DNA of 64,000 nucleotides from Eledone cirrhosa (GCA_964016885.1 OZ024744.1:82832001-82896000), one strand, 5' to 3'; shown: positions 1 to 13,799, counted from the stretch's first letter. Notes: a model not told the origin generated them from the letters alone. Numbers and translations are program-made.

Positions 1-431
1 GCGCGCGCGCACACGCACGCACACGCACACACAGACACAGACACACACACCCATATATATATATATATATATACACACACCACATTACATATGCAAATAT
101 GTGCGTGCGTGTATATATGTCTCTACGAATACCTACAATTTTTCATAATAGATATATGATATATTGGTATGTATGTGTATGCAGATATAAGAATGTGTGT
201 GTGTATGTGTGCGTGTGAATTTGCGTTCGTGTGTGTTTTCATGTGCGTCTGTGTGTGCCCATAAATATGCACTTCAGCGTGTGTCAGCACGTGTGTTTAT
301 AAATTTCAATATAAGCATATAAATACACACATCTATACATACATACATACTTACACACATACACACATACACACATACATACACACATACATACATACAT
401 ACATACACACATACATACATACATACATACA

Positions 432-465
<34 letters not shown>

Positions 466-954
466 ACTTACATACATACATGCTTACATACATACATCAA
501 TACATACATACATGCATACATACATACATCAATACATACATACATGCATACATACATACATCAATACATACATTCATACATACATCAATGCATACATACA
601 CACATACATATATACATACATAGTAACACAGATATGAGCATGCCCGCATGGTTGACAGCCATCATGCATGGATGCATTATTAATTAGTTCTTGGTTTTAG
701 AATACACGAGTTAATTTATTATGAATATCACTTAAAGATTCAAGTGGAATAAACATAAAAAAATCGTCTAATAAATTAATGGCAGTCAGCTATAAATGAA
801 CAATCTCGAATAAAACAACAGCCCCTCCTAATCCCCTGCCATCAATAATAATAACAACAATAATATGAACAACAATATAAGTAATGATGATAATGATAAA
901 GATTATAGGAACAACAACAATAACAACAACAACAACAACAATAATAATAATAAT

Positions 955-2190
955 AATTGTTTCCACTTTTGGAACAAGGCCAGCAATTATTCCAGTGTAT
1001 TACTGGTACTTTATTTTATCGACCCCCGTAAGGATGAAAGTCAAAGCTAACCTTAGCAGAATTTGAACTCAGAATATAAAGGGCCATAACTCTATGTTGC
1101 AAAGCAAGGTGTCTGACGCTTTACCGATTCTGCCAATCCACCACCCTACAACAATAATAATAATTGTTTTTACTTTTGGCACAAGGCCAGCAATTCTCCC
1201 AGTTTATTACTGGTACTTTATTTTATCGACTCTGTAAGGATGAAAGGAAAAGTTAACCTCGGCGAGATTTTAACTCAGATCATAAAGGGCCGTAACTCTT
1301 TGCTGCAAAGCATGGCGTCCGACCCTCTACCGACAATAATAATAATGGTTTCTGATTTAGGCACAAGACCAGCAATTTTTGTGGGAGAGGAACGTCGATT
1401 AAATCGACTCCAGTGCATTACAGGTACTTTATTTTATCGACCCCTAGAAGGATGAGTGGCAAGATTGACCTTAGGGAGATTCGAATTAAAGCGCAATGAG
1501 TCGATTAGAGTATCGTGGAATAAAGGGCTTAAGTACACAATGAAAATCGAAATGATAATCTTAAAATCGTGAGCTGAACACCCTAATAACGATTTCTAAT
1601 ATAGGTACATGGCCAGCAATTTTAGGGATAGGGAAAGGTCGATTGACTGGGGCCGTATTTTATCGACCATGGAAGGATGAAAGATATATTTGATTTTGGC
1701 AGGATTTGAACTCAAAATGTAAAGAACAAGATAAAAATCCCCAAAGGATTTCATTTGAGATCCTAAAGATTCTGCCAATTCAATGCTAATAATGATTTCT
1801 ACTATAGGAACAAGGCCAGTAATTTAGGGGGAGGGGAAACTCGATTAAATCAACCCCCAGCGTATTACTGGCGTTTTATAGACACAGTAAGGATGAAAGA
1901 CAAAGCTAACATCGGCGCAATTTGAACTCAGAACGTAGAGGACCGTAACAACAATATACCGCAAAGCATGTTTTACGACGCTCTACCGATACTGCCAAAC
2001 CACTGCCATTAATAATATGGATTGCCAGTATCGGTAGAGGGTCGGATGCCAAGCAGAGAGTTACGGCCCTTGCCATTCTGAGTTCAAATCCCGCCGAGGT
2101 TAACTTTGCCTTTCATCCTTACGGGGTCGATTAAATAAAGTACCAGTAATACAATGCGATAATTGCTGGCCTTGTGCCAAAAGTAGAAAT
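955..2190. mobile_element. Cluster of six tRNA-derived SINE copies (five on -, one on + at 2018-2190)
   Basis: Recurrent ~190-bp unit; sense strand has A-box-like TGGCAGTATCGG, B-box GAGTTCAAATCC, central GCCTTTCATCCTTACGGGGTCGATAAAATAAAGTACCAG (resembles Meta-SINE core from memory) and 3' GTGCCAAAAGTAGAAACAATT plus (ATT)n. Confidence 0.9.
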
Positions 2191-2212
2191 AATTAATAAT
2201 ATTAATAACAAT

Positions 2213-2213
2213 A

Positions 2214-2277
<64 letters not shown>

Positions 2278-2324
2278 TCTACTACTACCACTACAACTAC
2301 TACTATCACCACCACCACCACCAT

Positions 2325-2390
<66 letters not shown>

Positions 2391-2456
2391 CACTTCTACT
2401 ACTACCACTACAATTACTACTATCACCACCACCACCACCACCACCACCACCACCAT

Positions 2457-2517
<61 letters not shown>

Positions 2518-2600
2518 TCTCCTACTACCACTACAATTACTACTATCACCACCACCACCACCACCACCACCACCACCACCACCACCACCACCACCACCAT

Positions 2601-2659
<59 letters not shown>

Positions 2660-2660
2660 T
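2213..2660. repeat. Compound (CTA)n/(CCA)n microsatellite with three higher-order ~115-bp units
   Basis: Interruptions CCACTTCT and CTACAA(C/T)TACTACTATCACC recur three times. Confidence 0.9.
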
Positions 2661-2915
2661 GATTATGACGTCAATAATATAATAGCAGTAATAAAAATCA
2701 CAACGTTAATCATAACAATCATTTATTTATATATTTTATTGCACTTATTTTTCAATATTTACTCATAAATTGTTTTTGGTTATATATTATTTCATTTATA
2801 AATGATTGTTTTATTTATTATTCCGACGCATTCAACTGTGCAGTAGATGCACACTTTCGTGACACTCCAGCGCGTGTACGCACTTTTGCTTCGGCTTGGC
2901 CATTATTTCTATTGT

Positions 2916-2947
<32 letters not shown>

Positions 2948-2949
2948 TG

Positions 2950-2997
<48 letters not shown>

Positions 2998-3162
2998 CAT
3001 GTATGTATATATGTGCTGGCGAGTGTCAGTTGATGGTTTGCTTTCGAAAAAAAATAATCGTACATTGTGCAAGTTGAAGCATTCTGTATGACATTTAAAC
3101 AGTGATCTAACTAAATCTGTGATTAAGAAGAAGAGATGAGGTGAGGGGGTTGTCGGGTGGGT

Positions 3163-3296
3163 AGAAGAAGAAGAAGAAGAAGAAGAAGAAGAAGAAGAAG
3201 AAGAAGAAGAAGAAGAAGAAAAAGAAGAAGAAGAAGAAGAAGAAGAAGAAGAAGAAGAAGAAGAAGAAGAAGAAGAAGAAGAAGAAGAAGAAGAAA

Positions 3297-3327
<31 letters not shown>

Positions 3328-3521
3328 AAGAAGAAGAAGAAGAAGAAGAAGAAGAAGAAGGAAAATATCGAGAGAAATTGGAAGAAGGAAAGAAAAAGAG
3401 ATAGACAGATAGAGAGATAGAGAGTGTGTGTGGGGGGGGGTATAATAAAGAGAGAGAATGGGGAGAAAGAAGAAGGAACATATCGAGAGAAATGGAAAGA
3501 AGGAAAGAGAAAAAGAGATAG

Positions 3522-3582
<61 letters not shown>

Positions 3583-3675
3583 GACAGGGTGAGGAGAGAG
3601 AAAGAAAAGGGAGAAAGAAAGAAACAGCGAACAAGTGAGAGTGAGGCATGCTGAAAGGGAGAGAAAGAAAGCGAT
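3163..3675. repeat. (GAA)n, (GATA)n and purine-rich low-complexity tract
   Basis: Directly visible. Confidence 0.95.
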
Positions 3676-3875
3676 NNNNNNNNNNNNNNNNNNNNNNNNN
3701 NNNNNNNNNNNNNNNNNNNNNNNNNNNNNNNNNNNNNNNNNNNNNNNNNNNNNNNNNNNNNNNNNNNNNNNNNNNNNNNNNNNNNNNNNNNNNNNNNNNN
3801 NNNNNNNNNNNNNNNNNNNNNNNNNNNNNNNNNNNNNNNNNNNNNNNNNNNNNNNNNNNNNNNNNNNNNNNNNNN
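3676..3875. other. Assembly gap
   Basis: 200 N. Confidence 1.
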
Positions 3876-3929
3876 AGAATACTGCATGGTTGCACATGGA
3901 TTACATGTTATAAAATGAGTCCCTCATCA

Positions 3930-3972
<43 letters not shown>

Positions 3973-4006
3973 CACACACACACTATTATATATATTTATA
4001 TATAAT

Positions 4007-4194
4007 AATTGTTTCTACGTTTGGCACAAGGCCAGCAAATACTCAGTGTATTACTGGTATTTTATTTTATCGACCCCGTAAGGATGAAAGGCAAAGTTAA
4101 CATTGGCGGGATTTGAACTCGGACCGTAAAGGGAGGTAACTCTGCTAGAAAGCATGGCGTCCAAACCTCTACCGATATTGCCAATTCACCGCCG
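4007..4194 (-). mobile_element. tRNA-derived SINE, near full length
   Basis: Matches window consensus. Confidence 0.9.
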
Positions 4195-4757
4195 ATTTGT
4201 TAAGCCCTCGTTACACTCCCTGGATATATATATATATATATATAATATATATATATATATATCCAGTTATTCAACTCACCATCCATCCAAGCAACCTGCC
4301 AACCAACCAGTCAGCTAACTCACCAGGAAGGGCGCCAGGCTTTTTATTTATTCATTTATTTATTTATTTACCTTTTTATTTGTTTATTTGTCTGTCTATC
4401 TATTTATATATTATTATTTTTTTCTATTGTAATTTATTCTACTTATTTGTTACTGTAATGTTTTTCGTTGAGCTTGTGTTTTCTTGTTTGGGTTAGTTGG
4501 CTGGTTGGTTGGTTGACTTACACGTCTCGGTTCAGCAGCCATTTTGATTTACTGTGCTAATGTATACCAGCGCTGTTTTCCCAGGTAGTCTGCATTGCAT
4601 GCGTCCGGTTGATGAGAAAGCAATTTTCTTCGATTAAGTAAAATAAAACAAAATAAATAAATAAATATATAAATAAACACTACAAAATATATAACATAAC
4701 AAAACACAACACAAAACATAACAATACAAATAGACGATTTGGAGCAGTCAATTGTGT

Positions 4758-4804
<47 letters not shown>

Positions 4805-4849
4805 TTATTATTTTTATTTTTTGTTTTGTTTTGTTCTCTCTAACTATAG

Positions 4850-5025
4850 ATTTCTCCAAGTTAACCCAGTCAGCCAGCCAGTCAGACAGCCATAGGGCCA
4901 ACCAGCCAACCATCCATTCATCCAGTCAGTCAGCCAGTCAGTCCGTCCGTCAGTCAGTCAGTTGGTCGTGTGTACGTTTAAACCTGGCCATCTGGTGCAT
5001 CGAATTTCATCTGGATATCACGTCA
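4850..5025 (-). promoter_or_regulatory. Motif module (TGACGTGA, CACCAGATGGC), inverted homolog of 35361-35440
   Basis: 21-nt and 12-nt exact reverse-complement matches to 35378-35398 and 35361-35372; function inferred. Confidence 0.45.
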
Positions 5026-5633
5026 GTCAATGTGCTTGCTTACTTCTTTGTTAGTTTGTTTGTTGTGCTTTTATTTTTGTCTTCTTATTTTTCGTTTTCT
5101 TTTCTTTCAACAGACGACTAGCTAGGAAAAAATACATCACACCCCTCTACACGAGCCGACGTCATACTTGCCGCTGCCACCAGCACTAGCATTACTACCA
5201 TCACCATCATCACCACCAAAATCTCCACAATCATCATCATCATCATTACCAAATCCACCACCACCACCACTATCCACCATACCACCACCATCACTATCCA
5301 CCATATCACTACCACCACCACCACCACCACTATCACCACCGCATACACTCTCTCTCACACACACACACATACACACATACACACATACAAACACACACAC
5401 ACACACTATACGATTTTCTTTACTCACATACAGTAACTCTACGACCAGCACCAGCACCACTACCGCCGCCGCCGCCGAGGCCACTGTTACGGCCATCAAC
5501 ACAATCACTACGACCCCCCCCCCCCCCACTACCACTATTTCCACCAATACTATAACTATCAACACTATCAGTCTGACTCCCACCATCACCACCGACATAA
5601 CCCACATTATCACCCCTACCACCATTATTTCTA

Positions 5634-6024
5634 ATCGGTAGAGGGTCAGACGCCATGCTTTGAAGCATAGAGTTACCTCCCTTTATGATCTGAGTTCAAA
5701 TACCGTCGAGGTTAATTTTGCCTTTCATCCTTACAGGGTCGATAAGATAAAGTACCAGTAATGCACTGAGGGATGATTGCTGGCCTTGTGCCAAAAGTAG
5801 AAACAATTATATTTTATAGAATTATATTTTACAACGGTGGATTAGCAGTATCGGTAGAGCGCCGGACAACATGCTTTGCAGTATCGAGTTACGGCCCTTT
5901 ATGATCTGAATTCAAATCCCGCCGAGGTTATCTTTGCTTTTCCTCCTTACGGGGTCGATAAAATTAAGTACCAGTAATGCACTGAGGATAAATTACTGGC
6001 CTTGTGCCAAAAGTAGAAACAATT
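5634..6024 (+). mobile_element. Two tandem SINE copies
   Basis: Consensus match at 5634-5808 and 5835-6024. Confidence 0.9.
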
Positions 6025-6571
6025 ATTTCTACTTCCGCTAACACCAACGTTACCCCAATGGCTCCTACTAACACTCAACGGATACCGCCATCAATATGAC
6101 CAATTTCATAATCATATCCATCACCACAACCAGCACCATCACTATCATCATCAGTGTTGTATTCAATCCACTCCATCCATCCCACTCCACCCCACCCCAC
6201 CCACCACCACCACTAGCGTTCTACCACTACCTTAACTACCACCACCACTACTACTATCAAAACTACCACCATTAACACCACCACCACCACCATCATCACC
6301 CAACCACCACTACTATCACCATCACCACCAACACCACCACCACTACCACCAGCACTCTCACCACCACTACTATCACCATCACCACCAACACCACAACAAC
6401 AACGACGACAGCGGCAACTACCACATCCACCACCAATTCTACCACAACTACAACCACCGCATCACTACTTCCACGACCACGCTACAGTCACCACCACCAC
6501 CAACACCACAATACCACCTTACCCCAACCACCCACACCCCCCCCCATAACCCATCTTTATTTTCATTCCCA

Positions 6572-6905
6572 TTCAAATCCCGCCGATGTTAACTTTGCCT
6601 TTCATCCTTACGGGGTCGATAAAATAAAGTACCAGTAATACACTGGAAATTGCTGGCCTTGTGCCAAAAGTAGAAACAATTATCCCCGCCCGCCGAGGTT
6701 AACTTTGCCTTTCCTCCTTACGGGGTCGATAGAATAAAGTACCAGTAATGTACTGAGGTAATTGCTGGCCTTGTGCCAAAAGTAGAAACAGTTATCTCCG
6801 CCCGCCGAGGTTAACTTTGTCTTTCATCCTTACGGGGTCGATAAAATAAAGTACCAGTAATACACTGGTGTAATTGCTGGCCTTGTGCCAAAAGTAGAAA
6901 CAATT
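6572..6905 (+). mobile_element. Three tandem 5'-truncated SINE halves
   Basis: ~110-bp unit CCCGCCGAGGTTAAC...GTAGAAACA repeated three times. Confidence 0.9.
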
Positions 6906-7061
6906 ACTTATAGAGCTCATTCTATTAGTAATAACATTTCTCTCAACTTCATACTTGTTATTGTTTCCCTCTATTAAAAATTTCCATTCCCCACTTTTTA
7001 CTATCTTTTTGACATACATTCGAACTCTTACACTAACTCTCACTTTACTCTTTGCTTACTA

Positions 7062-7521
7062 TACAGGGAGATGGGGGAGGGCAAGAGAGATGTGGACGAT
7101 AACGGTGTGTGTTCGGCTCTTCCGTGTTCGGGCATATTGCACCTGTCAAGAGTGTATTTTCAGATTTACACATCTTCCTATATATAGAAAATTGTTGAAA
7201 ATTCTATTTTATACTTCAAACAATACCGTCGCTCTCCGACAGGTTTGCGATCGTGGAGACTTTTGGTCTCCTTGGCCCTAGGGCTACCTCCCTACTCACC
7301 ACCATAGGTGCTGAGCTGGCCAGCCGCATGTGTGAGCTTCGTGAGTTGGAATGACTCTTCCAACGCATCTCTCTTACCATCCTCCGGGAAAAACGCCTTC
7401 TCCATTCTGTCCGCCGGAGCTGTGGGGGACCCCATTTGCTCACCTTACAGAGAGATGGGGAGGGCGAGAGGGATGGAGGCGATGACAGTGGGTGTTCGGC
7501 TCTTCCACGTTCGGACCATAT
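7062..7521 (+). mobile_element. CRE-clade LINE 3' fragment with duplicated ~75-bp downstream segment
   Basis: 7225-7435 is similar to 41360-41580; direct repeat 7062-7137 / 7446-7521. Confidence 0.75.
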
Positions 7522-7562
7522 CCCTGAGGTTATGTTCATTATCTATAGAGTTCATATCTATA

Positions 7563-8061
7563 GAGGGCGGTGGTTTCGTAGTATCGGTAATGGGTCTTTG
7601 CAGCAAAGAGTTACAGCTCTTCATGGTCTAAGTTAAAATCCCATCCTTGCGGTGGCGATAAAATAAAGTACCAGTAAAACACTGGTATAATTGCTGTCCT
7701 TGTGCCAAATGTAGAAACAATTATATCTCCCAACTTCACTCTTACATCCTGTTTCTTTCAAAGAGAAAACTTTGTCTTAAACTCACATTCGCTTATATTT
7801 TTCTCCCAATCCTTCTTCTTTCACATATTTCGATATTCTTCTTCTTATATTCTTCTATATCATTCAATGAAATGGAGATGTGCCTAAAGGAGAAACAATT
7901 ATTTATATGAAATTACTAGTCTTCTTCTTTGCAGCATAGAGTTATGGCCCTTTACGGTCTGCGTTCAAATCCCGCCGAAGTTAACTTTGCCTTTCATCCT
8001 TACGGGGTCGATAAAATAAAGTACCAGTAATGTACTGGGCATTTGGTGGTCTTGTGCCAAA
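7563..8061 (+). mobile_element. Two SINE copies (7563-7722, 7930-8061)
   Basis: Consensus match; second is flanked by ~30-bp duplication ATTTATATGAAATTACTAGTCTTCTTCTT. Confidence 0.85.
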
Positions 8062-8204
8062 TTTATATGAAATTACTAGTCTTCTTCTTCTTCTTCTTCT
8101 TCTTCTTCTTCTTCTTCTTCTTCTTCTTCCTTTTCTTCTTCTTCTTTTTCTTCTTTTTCTTCTTCTTCTTCTTCTTCTTCTTCTTCTTTTTCTTCCTTTT
8201 CTTC

Positions 8205-8236
<32 letters not shown>

Positions 8237-8695
8237 CTTCATCTTCCTTTTCTTCTTTTTTTCTTCTTCTTCTTCTTCTTCTTCTTCTTCTTCTTCTTCT
8301 TCTTCTTCTTCTTCTTCTTCTTCTTCTTCTTCTCCCCTCCTCTCCTCCTCCTCCTCATCCTCCTCTCTGACTCTCTCATTTACCTCATCCTACTTCCCTC
8401 TACTCTTTGTCCTATTGTTTTCACCCACAATTCCCTATGGTTCAGCTCATATCCACCCCGAGGGTATTCTCAATGTTTGATCTCCAACAGAAATAGTGAT
8501 TATTATTAATTTCCCCGCCGCACTCCCACTCACTCTCACACCAATACTACCACTAGCGCCCCCACACGAAGGCTACCGCCATCATTGCTACCACCACTGT
8601 CACTACCACTACTACCGGCTAGTGACAAGTGTCCTGTTACACATACTCTTAAGCGCTAGCGCACACACACAATCAACCACTTTCTCTCTCTCTCC

Positions 8696-8778
<83 letters not shown>

Positions 8779-8882
8779 ACACACACACACACATACACAC
8801 ACTTCCGTACATATACACACATATATAACATCAATACTTATATAGCCATTAAAGATGCCAACACATTATCTCTCTCTCTTCT

Positions 8883-8939
<57 letters not shown>

Positions 8940-9151
8940 ACACACACACACACACACACTTCCGTACATTTACACACATATATACCACCAATACTTGTAT
9001 AGCCATTACAGATACCAACACGTTTTCTCTCTCTTCCCTCCTCTCTATCTGTCTCTCCTTCCCCCCTCTCTCTCTCTCGCCCTCTCTCTCACATATACAA
9101 CCATTCATTCATTCGTAGATATATAAATATACACATGTTTTCCTACATACA

Positions 9152-9273
9152 ACTGAGCAACGTGAAATAAAGCGTCTTGCTTAAGCATACAGTGCCTCAC
9201 ATGTTATGAGAATAGAATACACAACCTCACGATTGCAAACTCAACACTCTAACCGCTAGGCCATAAACCTTCA
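9152..9273 (-). mobile_element. Second SINE family (tRNA head plus CORE/V-like domain), decayed
   Basis: Similar to reverse complement of 53754-53874. Confidence 0.65.
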
Positions 9274-9625
9274 CTACACACACACATGTACACACACATA
9301 TGTGCAACAAAAGAACGTTGTTAGACTATATATATTTATATCTGTATTTTAACCGCTGGTCAATCAATAATAAACATTGATTGCCAAATAAATTAACTAT
9401 GAATATATAAAAGATACAGAAGTTAAAACCAACCAAACAGTGAGTGTGTTCTGTTATTATTTCTGGCAATATTATAACAATATTACCCTCCTCAAGTATA
9501 ACAATAGACTACCTGTATTAGACACGGAACTCTAGAATAACACTATAGACGAGAGGGGCCCAAATTCTCCACTCACACTACGCTAAACACATGGCCTCCA
9601 AATATCTGATACTTAAATCTCAGCA

Positions 9626-10483
9626 ATGTCCAGTAGTGCTAAGTTTAATATTCTGATCGCAGACTTGGTACAAGTGACGAATAACGTGTCCCGCATGTGC
9701 GACCCAACAGAAATGGAAAGACACATCCAACATTTCATCAACCGCATGCAGTTCTCTGGCTACAACCAAAGAGACAGAATCAGAATATACAAAGGAGCCA
9801 CGGAGAAGTATAAAACCCTCATAGAACTAGACATGAAAGGAATTTGTCCATTAGACAGGAGCAAATCATGGAATAGCTTAGATAAGACTAAACGTAAGAT
9901 AGAGAAAGCCACCTCATGGTGCGACAACCAAAGATACCAGAGTGTCATGTTTGTGGACGCTACCCCTGGAGGGAAATTAGCTAACCAATGTAACAAGGCC
10001 GTGAGAAAGACCCACTTAAAAATTAAAGTGGTAGAAAAGCCAGGAACTACCATAAAATCCCTGATCAGCAAAACATACCCTTTTAACAAAACCCACTGTA
10101 CTAATAGGAAATGTGTTATATGTAAACAGATAAACTGTAATACTAGAAGTGTAGTCTATAGCATAAGATGTACAGAGGGTACTTGCAGAAACATGATATA
10201 GGGGGAGACAGCTCGAACCATAGGAGAAAGGATAGATGAAAACTGGGGGGAATTAAAAAGTCGAATGAACGGTTCAGTACTATACGAACACGCCAGGCAA
10301 CAACATGACGGTAACATAGACAACATAGAAATTAACATAATATCTAAATATAGAAATGACCCAGCAGGTAGGCTAATCACAGAGGCAGGCGAAATAGAAC
10401 TTAGAAGGCCAAAGCTAAACAGAAAAAATGAATGGAATAACAACAACACCCAAACAAACAATACTGACCTAAGAGAAATATAA
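9626..10483 (+). pseudogene. PLE RT-thumb/GIY-YIG ORF remnant with one in-frame TAG at the YIG motif (10199-10201)
   Basis: ORFs 9626-10201 and 10265-10483 are in the same frame and read through as GETARTIGERIDE. Confidence 0.88.
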
Positions 10484-10720
10484 ATAAATAGATAAATAAA
10501 TAAATAAATATATACACAAGCCCAATAACAAATAATACATAGAAACATACACTAGTAAACTAAGATAGAATACAATAACCAAAACACAGTCACCCAAACG
10601 CGAACACACACCAAACACTATACACACACGCAAACGCATTCGCAGAGAAGACAAAAATAAATAAATAAACAGATAAAATAAAAATAGCGAAGACATGCAA
10701 TACAACAGGAGGAACATAAT

Positions 10721-10770
10721 AGTACCACTGATGATGTTGCAGATGTGCAGCGAAAGAACTTTGTTAGACT
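10721..10770 (+). ncRNA. Hammerhead ribozyme motif at 3' pLTR (stem I degenerate)
   Basis: CTGATGA-tgttgca-gatg-tgcagc-GAAA-gaactt. Confidence 0.65.
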
Positions 10771-11024
10771 ATATATATGTATTTATATCTGTATTTCTGA
10801 CCGTTGGTCAGTCAGTGGTAAACATTGAGGACCGAATGAATTAACTGTGGAGATATAAAAGATACAGAAGTGAAAACCAACCAAACAGTGAGTGTGTTCT
10901 GTTATTATTTCTGGCAATATTATTACAACAATATGACCCTCCCCAAGTATAACAATATATATATATTCATATATTCTTATAGAAATACAGAAAACACAGA
11001 ATAACTGTAACCGCGGTCAACATG

Positions 11025-11106
<82 letters not shown>

Positions 11107-11166
11107 CATGTTGACTGCGGTTACAGTGATTCTGTGTTTATATATATGTATATATATATATATATA

Positions 11167-11364
11167 TAGAAGGGGTTACACAACAGTTAGTTCACCATAC
11201 CGAGAACAATTGAATATATTCCGTATAACCATGTCCATTACGTGAAGGTGGAACAATTGTTCTCGGTATGGTGAACTAACTGTTGTGTAACCACTTCTAC
11301 CTAACTCGTCCCATGGACTGAGTGCTCTACCACTACGGATATTACCTTCCAGTGTTCTACCACT
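11167..11364 (+). repeat. Fold-back element: ~46-bp inverted arms plus one-sided tail, in (TA)n
   Basis: 11167-11212 reverse-complements 11254-11299. Confidence 0.85.
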
Positions 11365-11385
11365 ATATATATATATATATATATA

Positions 11386-11653
11386 TAAAATACGTAGTTA
11401 AAAAAGCCACAACAATGCAGAGGGAAATCTCGAGGTAGGAAGTGAATGATAGATAGGAGAAACAGGTGAAAGTGAAAATTGAGAGAGACAAAGATGAAAA
11501 CAAATCATCTTTGTCTCTCTCAATTTTCACTTTCACCTGTTTCTCCTATCTATCATTCACTTCCTACCTCGAGATTTCCCTCTGCATTGTTGTGGCTTTC
11601 TTAACTACGTATTTTACACATTGCACAATGCTTCAAGCAAACTTTAACACCCT

Positions 11654-11657
<4 letters not shown>
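11386..11657 (+). repeat. Fold-back element: ~110-bp near-perfect arms plus ~40-nt tail, in (TA)n
   Basis: 11386-11496 reverse-complements 11505-11616. Confidence 0.9.
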
Positions 11658-11708
<51 letters not shown>

Positions 11709-11717
11709 TTAGAATAT

Positions 11718-11903
11718 AATTGTTTCTACGTTTGGCACGAGGCCAGCAATTATCCCAGTGTATTACTGGTGCTTTGTTTTATCGACGCCGTAAGGATGAA
11801 AAGCAAAGTTAACCTCGGCGGGATTTGAACTCAGACCATAAAAGAATGTAACCCTTTGCTGCAAAGCATGGCGTCCGACCCTCTGTCTGCCAATCCACCG
11901 CCC
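11718..11903 (-). mobile_element. tRNA-derived SINE
   Basis: Consensus match. Confidence 0.9.
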
Positions 11904-11925
11904 TCATATATATATATATATATTT

Positions 11926-11979
<54 letters not shown>

Positions 11980-13724
11980 GAGTTAAACAAGGTTCAATGA
12001 ATACATCAAATAATGAGTTTTACAATAGATTGGAAGCACTCAACCGTTAATGTTTTCCAGAGTTATTAATATTAATTTAAAATATTAACAAAATAGATAT
12101 TCTTGTGATCAATTATATTTTATTATACATATTTCAGAGGTACTGAGTTAAGATCAACAGTACGTCCTCATCATATAAAATAAAATAATACATGACATAC
12201 CCTGAGATAGTAGATGGTTAAGATTCAATCAAGGTAGTGATTAACTTTTGACAAAACTCAATATTTATACCCTAATATTGTGAACATGAGATAACATAAT
12301 ACAAACAATAGAGAGGGTGCGTGTAATAGATTTTTAAGAAATACATGGCATCAATATAACAGTTATAACATTTTTAATTTTTAAAAACTACTGGAGAAAG
12401 AGGAGGGAAAGGAAAGCATAGAGGAAGAAATAGCTGAATTGATAATAAATTTAGTAGGTGGCTTGAGAAGACAAATGAAGGATGATTAAAGAGAGAGAAA
12501 GAGACAAATTTATGTTCAAGTTTATGTACACACAGATTTCTATATAATTAACACGTGTCCAGAATAATATAGTTGGCGGTTAATTTTCAAAATATTTAAT
12601 TTAAGTTATTTCAGGGTAAAGAATCATATTTTAGGTTTTAAAAGTTAATAGCTATTTGTATTAATATTATAATATAATTATGTTTAATTTCTAAAATTCA
12701 AATTTTATGAAAACAAATTTAAAGGATTTACGAAACATGAAAAAGAAAATATATATATAATGTTCTATATCCTCACGAAGGTAATCTTTACCAAAATTAC
12801 TTATAATATTGACAACAGTTTCTATAATATAATTTATAAGATAATTATAGTTATAATTATTAAAGAATTTATGTTAAATAGTTTGAGTGCCTAAAGTATC
12901 AACCGGCCTTATAATTAAACTTAAAGAAGTCAGAATGTTTACTTATTGATCATAAAATACAAATATTATAGTTTATTATTTGTTCATAGTTGAGGTGATA
13001 CCTTTCAAATATAAATAATATATTACAATAAAGCAATAATGCAATATAGTAAAGAATTTCCTGAAGATATTGTCCAAAAATATATATAGTTAAAAATATT
13101 GTTAAAGAATTAATGTTTCATATCAATTATTTTCATTTAGTTGATACATACTATAAATATATAAGTCAAAACTATATGAGTCCTAATGATAGGGGCTAGA
13201 TACAAAATAAATATACAAATAAAAGAAAATGAATTATTTGTGAAACTTAAACATGCCCAATATTAGAAATAAATGCAATAGGGTTTTAATAAAGTATAGA
13301 AAAGATATCTCTAAAATATTTTAGCGAATGTGATATAAAGTAGCACTAAATATTTGAAAAAGCTGAAGGTAATCTAAATTTAATTAAAATAAAATAAAAC
13401 AAAATAAGTTAAATTAAGTTATATTATATTATATTAAGTAAGTGATTATATAAGTTCGACCTTCCAGGGAATACCAAACACTTATAACAATATAAATTCT
13501 AATAATTGTAATTCAAACACCTGTACTGTGAATAAATCGGGGAATATATATATATATATATATATATTCTTAGAAAATAATGTAGAAAACAGAGAGAATA
13601 ACTGTAACCGGAGTCAACATGTTATATATATCTACATGGTCTGTAATGCGAAGAAATACCTATGATGGCTAGTAGACCACTGATGACGGATAATCCTGGC
13701 TTCTATTTCTAATTCTTCATTTAT

Positions 13725-13785
<61 letters not shown>

Positions 13786-13799
13786 TGTATATGTACATC

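Larger units (their letters stand above)
9300..10956 (+). mobile_element. Penelope-like retroelement, 5'-truncated, with direct pseudo-LTRs (9300-9506, 10745-10956); Naiad-like
   Basis: RT thumb FVDATPGGKLA..IKVVEKPG, Cys-rich linker, GIY-YIG (VVYSIRC...GETARTIGERIDE, LYEH..H, LITEA, LNRKNEW); ~200-bp terminal direct repeat; (TA)n flank. Confidence 0.9.

Noticed and set aside
9626-10483. Selenoprotein PLE
   Set aside because: The in-frame stop is TAG at YIG, not TGA at a Cys position
13678-13705. CTGATGAcggataatcc hammerhead
   Set aside because: No GAAA or stem III follows
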